NCBI GenBank assembly: GCA_046758365.1
Contig: JBHIAC010000081.1
Location: forward strand, 1-14,976
DNA: 14,976 bases
Direction of reading: 5' to 3'
Source: a bacterium
Lineage (GTDB): Bacteria; Zhuqueibacterota; Zhuqueibacteria; Oceanimicrobiales; Oceanimicrobiaceae
Below are positions 6,552 to 13,168 of this stretch, piece after piece. A model generated the notes under the pieces. The model saw only the letters and a program-made list of their open reading frames with translations, was not told the DNA's origin and did no database searches. The position numbers and the translations under genes were made by a program. Position 1 is the first letter of the stretch, and each line of letters starts with the position of its first letter.

Positions 6552-9080
6552 ATGTCTAAAATATCAAAATACTTTTCGCAAGCATCGGTTAAAGAGATGA
6601 TCAAGCACATTCGCCAGGCGAATGGAAACGAGGTTTTTCTGGTAGGTCATCTCGATGAGGAGGCGTTGGTAGAAACGGTTGAAGTTTTTGCACGGGGTAA
6701 TGAATCTTCAGCCCCAGCGCTTATGCAGGTAGCCAGGCAGGGAGATGTGGTGATACACAATCATCCCAGCGGGACCCTACGACCTTCAAGAGCAGATACC
6801 CACGTAGCTTCAATTTTGGGAAACGACGGCATTGGCTTTTACATTGTTAATAATAAAGTAACTAATGTTTATGTAGTAGTAGAACCATTTGCCGAAAAAG
6901 AAGTCGTCCCCATTAACTCTACTGAACTAACACGTATTATTGGCAAAAATGGCCCCATCTCAAAAAAGCTGGAGAACTATGAATACCGGCCTCAGCAGAT
7001 CCAAATGATTGAGTGCGTGAGTCAAGCTATAAATGAGGATAAAATTGCAATTATCGAAGCGGGTACTGGCACAGGTAAAACATTAGCATATTTACTGCCA
7101 GCTATTACTTATGTCCTACAAAATAAAGAACGCTGTGTGGTTTCTACCAACACCATAAATTTACAAGAGCAGTTAATTAACAAAGACCTGCCTTTTTTAC
7201 AATCTATCCTAAAAGACAAGTTTAAAGCGGTGCTGGTGAAAGGCCGGACTAATTATGCTTGTAAACGTAAGCTAATTGAAGCAGAAAAAGAATTAGATCT
7301 CTTTTCAGAAACAGGGGAAAAGGCCGAGTTGAAGACCATTATGGATTGGGCAAAAAAAACTAAGGATGGCAGCAAGTCTGATTTAAATTTTGTACCACGG
7401 TCAGAGGTATGGGAAAAGATCCAATCGGAAAGCGACACCTCGCTTAAGACCAAGTGTCCATTTTATAACAAATGTTTCTTTTATACTGCCCGGCGCGCTG
7501 CGGCTACAGCTAATATTTTAGTGGCCAACCATCATCTCCTGTTTTCAGATTTGGCGGTACGGGTTACAAAAGGGGCTTCGGAAAACGCGGTTTTACCTGC
7601 TTATGATCGGATCATTTTTGACGAAGCTCATCATTTAGAAGACGTGGCTACCAACTATTTTGGCGTCGGAATAACTTATCTTGGCGTTCTAAGAATTTTA
7701 AACAAATTATACCGACGAAAAGAGGAGCAAGAAAAAGGGCTGCTGCTCTTTCTTTCAGGCAAATTAACCAAGTTTGCTCGGCGCTTCCCACATGAAAAAT
7801 TCTTAAATGTCCAGAAGTTTATTCAAGAGCAAGGAATCTCAGCCGTAGAAAATTTGAAATTCTTACTTTCTGAAACTATGGAGCAGATTTTTTATACGGT
7901 TCAACGATTAAATGATTCTGAATTTGGTGAGATAAAATTAAGATTGATTTCAGCGTTAATTCGAAGCCAAGAATGGCAGGACAAGATTCTATTTACGGCT
8001 AAAAAGCTAATTCAAGAAATGCGGAAATTTACAGCCCGACTAAATAATTTCTTACGGAATATTGAATCCATAGAATTAAGATTAGCACCAAGTGTGGGTT
8101 CTTTGACCATTGATCTGCAAGCGCAACTGGAGCGATTGGATGCTGTTGCCAATACCATGGACCATGTACTTCTACAGAGCGATGAAGAAAATATAAGATG
8201 GATTGAAGTCAAAGAAGGCTACAAACAATCCAAAATTGTCCGTCTCCGGTCTTCACCCATGGAAGTGGCTCCAATTATGAAAGTAACCGTTTACAATAAT
8301 TTTAAGAATGTGATCATGACCTCGGCTACTTTAACCGTTGAAGGGAGATTTAACTACACAAAAAATCGTTTAGGCCTGGATTTAATTGAACCAGAACGAA
8401 CACTTGAGTTATCTCTTTCTGCTCCTTTTGATTATAAAAATCAAGCTTTGGTATGCATCCCCAATGACATCCCGGATCCAAGAGAGAAACGATTTACTGA
8501 AGAGCTGTCTGAATTAATTTTAAAATCTATTAAAATTTCAGAGGGGCGTGCATTTGTGTTATATACCTCTTATGGACTTTTAAATCTTATATTTAATAGA
8601 CTAAAATCTACCCTTGAGGCTCTGGGATACAATGTTTACAAACAGGGGCAGGAAAATCGCCACCGCCTATTGGAGAGGTTTAAAGAAGATATCACATCAG
8701 TCCTTTTTGCTACCGATAGTTTTTGGGAGGGGGTGGATGTGCACGGTGAAGCATTAGAATCAGTTATCATCACTAAATTGCCTTTTAAAGTTCCCAGTGA
8801 ACCGGTAGTGGAAGCACGGGTGGAGGCCATTGAGCGTCGAGGGGGAAATGCATTCCTGGAATACACGGTGCCGCAGGCCGCCATTAAGTTTAGGCAGGGT
8901 TTTGGTCGACTTATTCGTAGAAAGACTGACCGGGGTTCAATTTTAATTTTAGATAGAAGGGTGATTCAAAAAAGTTACGGCAGAATCTTTATTAATTCAT
9001 TACCAGACTGCCGAATTGTTATCGGACCGACCCATGAAATATTTCAAGAGATGCGAAAATTTTTTAACAGTTTGGCTTAA
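6552..9080 (+). CDS. dinG: DinG/YoaA (XPD-like) SF2 helicase with N-terminal JAB/MPN (RadC-like) domain
   Basis: Q motif YEYRPQQ, Walker A EAGTGTGKT, DEAH box, TSATL, FWEGVDV, KLPF, QGFGRLIR; N-terminal E27...HNHPSGTLRPSRAD. The symbol denotes family, not proven orthology. Confidence 0.92.
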   Translation: MSKISKYFSQASVKEMIKHIRQANGNEVFLVGHLDEEALVETVEVFARGNESSAPALMQVARQGDVVIHNHPSGTLRPSRADTHVASILGNDGIGFYIVNNKVTNVYVVVEPFAEKEVVPINSTELTRIIGKNGPISKKLENYEYRPQQIQMIECVSQAINEDKIAIIEAGTGTGKTLAYLLPAITYVLQNKERCVVSTNTINLQEQLINKDLPFLQSILKDKFKAVLVKGRTNYACKRKLIEAEKELDLFSETGEKAELKTIMDWAKKTKDGSKSDLNFVPRSEVWEKIQSESDTSLKTKCPFYNKCFFYTARRAAATANILVANHHLLFSDLAVRVTKGASENAVLPAYDRIIFDEAHHLEDVATNYFGVGITYLGVLRILNKLYRRKEEQEKGLLLFLSGKLTKFARRFPHEKFLNVQKFIQEQGISAVENLKFLLSETMEQIFYTVQRLNDSEFGEIKLRLISALIRSQEWQDKILFTAKKLIQEMRKFTARLNNFLRNIESIELRLAPSVGSLTIDLQAQLERLDAVANTMDHVLLQSDEENIRWIEVKEGYKQSKIVRLRSSPMEVAPIMKVTVYNNFKNVIMTSATLTVEGRFNYTKNRLGLDLIEPERTLELSLSAPFDYKNQALVCIPNDIPDPREKRFTEELSELILKSIKISEGRAFVLYTSYGLLNLIFNRLKSTLEALGYNVYKQGQENRHRLLERFKEDITSVLFATDSFWEGVDVHGEALESVIITKLPFKVPSEPVVEARVEAIERRGGNAFLEYTVPQAAIKFRQGFGRLIRRKTDRGSILILDRRVIQKSYGRIFINSLPDCRIVIGPTHEIFQEMRKFFNSLA

Positions 9081-9136
9081 ATCCACGAAAATATTTTAAC
9101 GCCTAAATAGGTATAATTTATTGCGGTGTACATTAT
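8808..9136 (+). repeat. 329-bp direct repeat, copy 1 (dinG 3' end plus downstream spacer)
   Basis: Ungapped match to 12448-12776 (offset 3640); 24 mismatches by hand count, about 93% identity. Confidence 0.97.
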
Positions 9137-12003
9137 ATGTCCAACAACTCCCGCACGGTGTTTCCAAGCGTCTCTTTCGTATAAGGCTTTTGAAGCACAC
9201 TTACATGTTCTTGCTCTTGTTGACCTAATTCATCTAATTCAGCTTTGACGTCATAACCCGTTGTAAAGATAACAGGAACATCCGGTTTGATTAAACGAAG
9301 TTTTTCATAAGCTTCTGGCCCACTACATTTAGGCATAACCACATCTAGAATGACCAAATCGACTCTTTCACTCTCGTCTTCAAATACTTTGATAGCTTCT
9401 AAGCCATTTTTTGCCATTAATATTTTATAGCCCTGGCCCATCAATATTCGGACCGCGACGTTGCGAACGGTTTCATCATCTTCCGCTACCAAGATGGTTT
9501 TCTTGTCGTTGCGTAGTTTGTGTGAATTATTAATTGCCTTTTTGCCGATTTCAGCATCTGAGTCCGATGGAAAATATATATTAAAAGAAGTCCCTTTTCC
9601 TTGCCTGCTTTCAACCTCGATATGTCCTTTGTGTTGTTTCACAATACCATAGACCACGGCTAATCCGAGTCCTGTTCCTTTGCCCAGTTCTTTTGTGGTA
9701 TAAAAAGGTTCGAAGATTTGTTTTAAGGTATTTTTATCCATGCCTATTCCAGTATCGATGATATTAATTTGAACATAATTTTGCTTGGGATTTAAAGGCA
9801 ATGATTGTACTTTTAATTGCTTTTTTGTTAAGTTATGTGTTTCAATGGTTAATTGACCCCCTTTGGGCATGGCATCTCGTGCGTTTAAACAAAGGTTTAA
9901 TAGAGCTTGCTGGATCTGACCTGAGTCTGCTCGAACGGCTGCAAGATTGACATCAAGATTTATTTTCAGGTCTATATTTTCACCAATGACACGTTTAAGC
10001 ATATCAAGCAGATCTTTAATTGTTTTGTTCAAATCAAGCCTCTCTAATTGAAGCATCTGCTTACGACTAAAGGCCAAAAGCTGGCGAGTGAGCGTTGCAG
10101 CCCGCTCCCCGGCTTTCTGGATTTCTTCGATGTCTTGTCGTTTTGGGTCGTTGAGGTCGAGTTCATTAAGTAGGAAATCGCTGTAACCTGAGATGGCTGT
10201 CAGCAAATTATTAAAGTCGTGGGCTACTCCCCCGGCTAATCTACCAATGGCTTCCATTTTTTGAGATTGTAATAATTGCTCTTCTAATTTTTTGCGATCT
10301 GTTAAATCTTCAGCGACTTTGATATAATGCGTAATTTCTCCATCAGAGTTTTTAATCGATGAGATCGAGGCAAACTCCCAATAAAATTCACCATTCTTTT
10401 TCTTATTGTAAAATTCACCTCGCCATTCTTTTCCAGCGTTCAGTATTTGCCATATTTTTTCGTAGTCTTGCGCAAATATATCCCCTATCTCGGTTGCATT
10501 GGTTCCTAAAATTTCTTCTGCGGAATAACCAGTGACTTCGGTAAATTTGGGGTTTACATGTTCAATCACACCAAAAGGGTCGATAATCATAACCATGCTT
10601 GGACTTTGCTCGACCGCATGATATAGCTTACGGAACTGCTCTTCTGTTCTTTTGCGCTTGGTGATGTCCTCAGTAATACTTATTACTTTTTCGATACGGC
10701 TATCCACTCCTTTTAAGGGTATAAAACTTGAAGCAAATATTCTTGATCCTATAGCGCTTTTTCCCAGGAATTCAAATTGTGAAGGCTGCCCTTTATAAGC
10801 ATTATTCAGCAAATGACTCACACGTTCACGATCCTCTGGAGCCACAATATCAAGAAAAGCGTGATCAACGATTTTGGCCATATTTTTTACGCCCATCATC
10901 TTTAGACCAATTGAGTTCATAGAAGTCATATTTCCATTCCGGTCTATTTCGAGGATGCAGAATGGCGCATTTTCAATTAGTGAACGGTAGCGATCTTCGC
11001 TTTCATGTAGGGCTTTCTCTACACGCTTGCGGTCAGTGATGTTGCGTACGATGGCCAAAATTTCATTTTTACTACTTAGAATAAGACGCGCTTCGTAATT
11101 ATGAATATGACCGTTCTTTTGAAGTTGATAATCGAAGATTTGCAGATCACCGGTTTGTAGGGTTCGCTCTAAAAATTGCATAGCATTTTTAGCTACATCA
11201 CCTGGCAACATATCATATATTTTTTTTCCTAAAAACTTTTTTGGATGCACTAATGCGTCAAATTTATTAGCTGGTAAAAAGTCTAAATAAGTTCCATCAC
11301 TGCAAATTGTAAAAATTAAGTCCGGAAGAACGTTAATTAGGGCTTTATATTTCGATTCAATCTCTTTTAGTGCTTCAACGGCCAGCTTGTGCTCGGTGAT
11401 ATCAATCGAGAATCCAATCGCTCCTTTTCCACCATTTGAGTCACGGGTGAGAAAATTGTCATACCACCATGCTCCATTCTCTGAGATATCATGGCTTTCA
11501 TAATGCACCGATTCACCAGACAAAGCTTTTAAGACCTGGGCTTCAATATGTGGATTTTCAATCAATGTATTCATGCCAACAACGTTATTTTCTTGTCCAA
11601 GACGTGCAAAACCTGTTCCGATAGATTCTCGAATTATTCCATCTTCATCGATCTTAAATACCACAATAGGTATTTTAAGTAGAACCTCGTGTAAGAGCTC
11701 ATTCTGACTCTTGACAGATTCATTCACCTGCTTTTGCTGAGTGAAAATGCGTTCAAGGTAAAAGACAAATAGAAGGACCATAAAGCTGATCACTAGCTCA
11801 GAAAGTTCTGTAAAAGGACTTGTAATCACTATGGAATGGATTACTTTATATTCAAATAAAGTTAGAATTGGGTGAATTACCATAAATCCTAATAGTGCTG
11901 TCAAAAAACTCATCCGCCAATTTTTCATACGTTGTAATAACAAAATCGACCAACCCATTGCTATTAGTCGAATTACTAAAGAAACAAAGAGAATTAGATT
12001 CAT
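9133..12003 (-). CDS. Membrane-bound multi-PAS hybrid sensor histidine kinase/response regulator (CckA-like architecture)
   Basis: About three N-terminal hydrophobic helices; four PAS/PAC modules (ending IDITE, RNITD, EDITK, EDLTD); H-box AHDFNNLL, N-box NLCLNARDAM, DTGIGM, FEPFYTTK, GTGLGL; C-terminal receiver (EDD, LDVVMP, QKP). Confidence 0.95.
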   Translation of the reverse strand: MNLILFVSLVIRLIAMGWSILLLQRMKNWRMSFLTALLGFMVIHPILTLFEYKVIHSIVITSPFTELSELVISFMVLLFVFYLERIFTQQKQVNESVKSQNELLHEVLLKIPIVVFKIDEDGIIRESIGTGFARLGQENNVVGMNTLIENPHIEAQVLKALSGESVHYESHDISENGAWWYDNFLTRDSNGGKGAIGFSIDITEHKLAVEALKEIESKYKALINVLPDLIFTICSDGTYLDFLPANKFDALVHPKKFLGKKIYDMLPGDVAKNAMQFLERTLQTGDLQIFDYQLQKNGHIHNYEARLILSSKNEILAIVRNITDRKRVEKALHESEDRYRSLIENAPFCILEIDRNGNMTSMNSIGLKMMGVKNMAKIVDHAFLDIVAPEDRERVSHLLNNAYKGQPSQFEFLGKSAIGSRIFASSFIPLKGVDSRIEKVISITEDITKRKRTEEQFRKLYHAVEQSPSMVMIIDPFGVIEHVNPKFTEVTGYSAEEILGTNATEIGDIFAQDYEKIWQILNAGKEWRGEFYNKKKNGEFYWEFASISSIKNSDGEITHYIKVAEDLTDRKKLEEQLLQSQKMEAIGRLAGGVAHDFNNLLTAISGYSDFLLNELDLNDPKRQDIEEIQKAGERAATLTRQLLAFSRKQMLQLERLDLNKTIKDLLDMLKRVIGENIDLKINLDVNLAAVRADSGQIQQALLNLCLNARDAMPKGGQLTIETHNLTKKQLKVQSLPLNPKQNYVQINIIDTGIGMDKNTLKQIFEPFYTTKELGKGTGLGLAVVYGIVKQHKGHIEVESRQGKGTSFNIYFPSDSDAEIGKKAINNSHKLRNDKKTILVAEDDETVRNVAVRILMGQGYKILMAKNGLEAIKVFEDESERVDLVILDVVMPKCSGPEAYEKLRLIKPDVPVIFTTGYDVKAELDELGQQEQEHVSVLQKPYTKETLGNTVRELLDI
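9139..9240. repeat. Near-identical 3' tails of the two kinases (partner 13175-13276)
   Basis: 102 bp ungapped, 5 mismatches by hand count. Confidence 0.92.
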
Positions 12004-12205
12004 GCTTAATTACCAGTTTTAATACTATTTAACTAAATTGCTTAAATTTTAATAAACACGTGGGGATTAAATAGTCGAAAGATGCGGATTCTCAAAGACC
12101 GTAATATATTAACTAATTAAAAAAATAATTACGTTAATGCAAGAATTTTTTATTTTAAAATGTTTTATTTTATTAATATATTTTAAAATTATACATTCTC
12201 CGATC

Positions 12206-12227
12206 GTTCAGGATGTGTATTCTGAAC
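12206..12227. promoter_or_regulatory. 22-bp imperfect palindrome upstream of the first kinase (operator or hairpin)
   Basis: GTTCAGGAT-GTGT-ATTCTGAAC; 9-bp arms with one G-T pair. Confidence 0.35.
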
Positions 12228-12305
12228 AGGAAATTCATTTGGATACATATCTGATTTCCATTCCCATCTTGTTTTTTCGACCCGCCTATTTTGAATGAAT
12301 CCCCA

Positions 12306-12437
12306 AGAGGCATAGCCGAAATGTCGACGTTTAGGACGTTGGACGTCCGTCCTACGTCCTTTAGAAAAAATCGACTTGAAAAACAATGACTTAACTACCT
12401 TGAATCTCAAAAAATATGGGTTTTCGACCACGCCTCT
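12306..12437. mobile_element. MITE/REP-like non-autonomous element with 16-bp imperfect terminal inverted repeats and an internal hairpin
   Basis: AGAGGCATAGCCGAAA (12306-12321) versus TTTCGACCACGCCTCT (12422-12437), 13/16 complementary; internal AGGACGT-T-GGACG-TC-CGTCC-T-ACGTCCT (12333-12360); CAAG and CTAG overlap the ends. Confidence 0.55.
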
Positions 12438-12447
12438 AGTTTAATAT

Positions 12448-12720
12448 GTGGAGGCTCGGGTGGAGGTCATTGAGCGTCGAGGGGGAAATGCATTCCTGGA
12501 ATACACGGTGCCGCAGACAGCTATTAAGTTTAGGCAGGGTTTTGGTCGACTTATTCGTAAAAAGACCGACCGGCGTTCAATTTTAATTTAAGATAGAAGG
12601 GGGATTCAAAAAAGTTACGGACGAATCTTTATTAATTCATTACCAGACTGCCGAATTGTTACCGGACCGACCCAGGAAATTTTTCAAGAGATGCGAAAAT
12701 TTTTTAACAGTTTGGCTTAA
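12448..12720 (+). pseudogene. Truncated duplicate of the dinG 3' end (last 90 codons)
   Basis: Matches 8808-9080; lacks the 5' part of the gene and has a TTA>TAA nonsense change at 12589-12591. Confidence 0.93.
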
Positions 12721-12776
12721 ATCCACGAAAATATTCTTACGCGAAAATAGGTAGCTTTTTTTGCGGTGTACATTAT
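12448..12776 (+). repeat. 329-bp direct repeat, copy 2
   Basis: Ungapped match to 8808-9136. Confidence 0.97.
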
Positions 12777-12790
12777 CAACCAGTGGACTA

Positions 12791-13156
12791 TTAATCCGTC
12801 TTTTCAAGCGCTTTTCGGACGACAAAGAGCAGTTCGGCCTGTTTGAAAGGTTTGTAGAGTCCAAAAAAGGCTCCTAACTTTAAAGCAATTTGCAGATAGG
12901 AAGTATCTATGGATGCAGTAATGGCTATAATGGGGAGATTAGGTTTGCTTTTGACGAGAGCACGAATCGTTTCAATGCCTTCCATTTCCGGCATGATAAT
13001 ATCAGTGACGACAACATCGGGAACATTCTGCTCGATCATTTTCAGGCCTTCTTTGCCATTTGAGGCCTCAATAACTTCGAAACTCTCTCTTTCCAGCATT
13101 TCACGGATGGTTGCACGAGCCTCGTCATCGTCATCGATGATTAATATTTTGGCCAT
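12791..13156 (-). CDS. Single-domain (CheY-like) response regulator
   Basis: 121 aa; IIDDD, VVTDIIMP phosphoacceptor, AITA, YKPF; GAGGGA SD-like sequence upstream; 12 nt from the kinase stop. Confidence 0.93.
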   Translation of the reverse strand: MAKILIIDDDDEARATIREMLERESFEVIEASNGKEGLKMIEQNVPDVVVTDIIMPEMEGIETIRALVKSKPNLPIIAITASIDTSYLQIALKLGAFFGLYKPFKQAELLFVVRKALEKTD

Positions 13157-13168
13157 CGTGGCTTTCCC

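Noticed and set aside
7290..7304. ELDLF in DinG as a second clamp-binding motif
   Set aside because: Lacks the conserved Gln and lies inside the Fe-S domain; too weak without alignment.
6552..9080. DinG as CasDinG of a type IV CRISPR system, or the JAB domain as CBASS Cap3
   Set aside because: No CRISPR array, cas genes, cyclase or E1/E2 genes in the window.
6171..9652. Antisense ORFs inside the MBL, dinG and kinase-1 genes
   Set aside because: Shadow ORFs of long conserved coding sequences.
8808..12776. Prophage or integrase-mobilised island between att sites
   Set aside because: No integrase, transposase or phage genes lie between or beside the repeats; only the repeat structure is supported.
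12189..12864. ORFs 12189-12431 and 12640-12864 (-)
   Set aside because: They run through the inverted-repeat element and antisense to the dinG remnant; no protein-like features.
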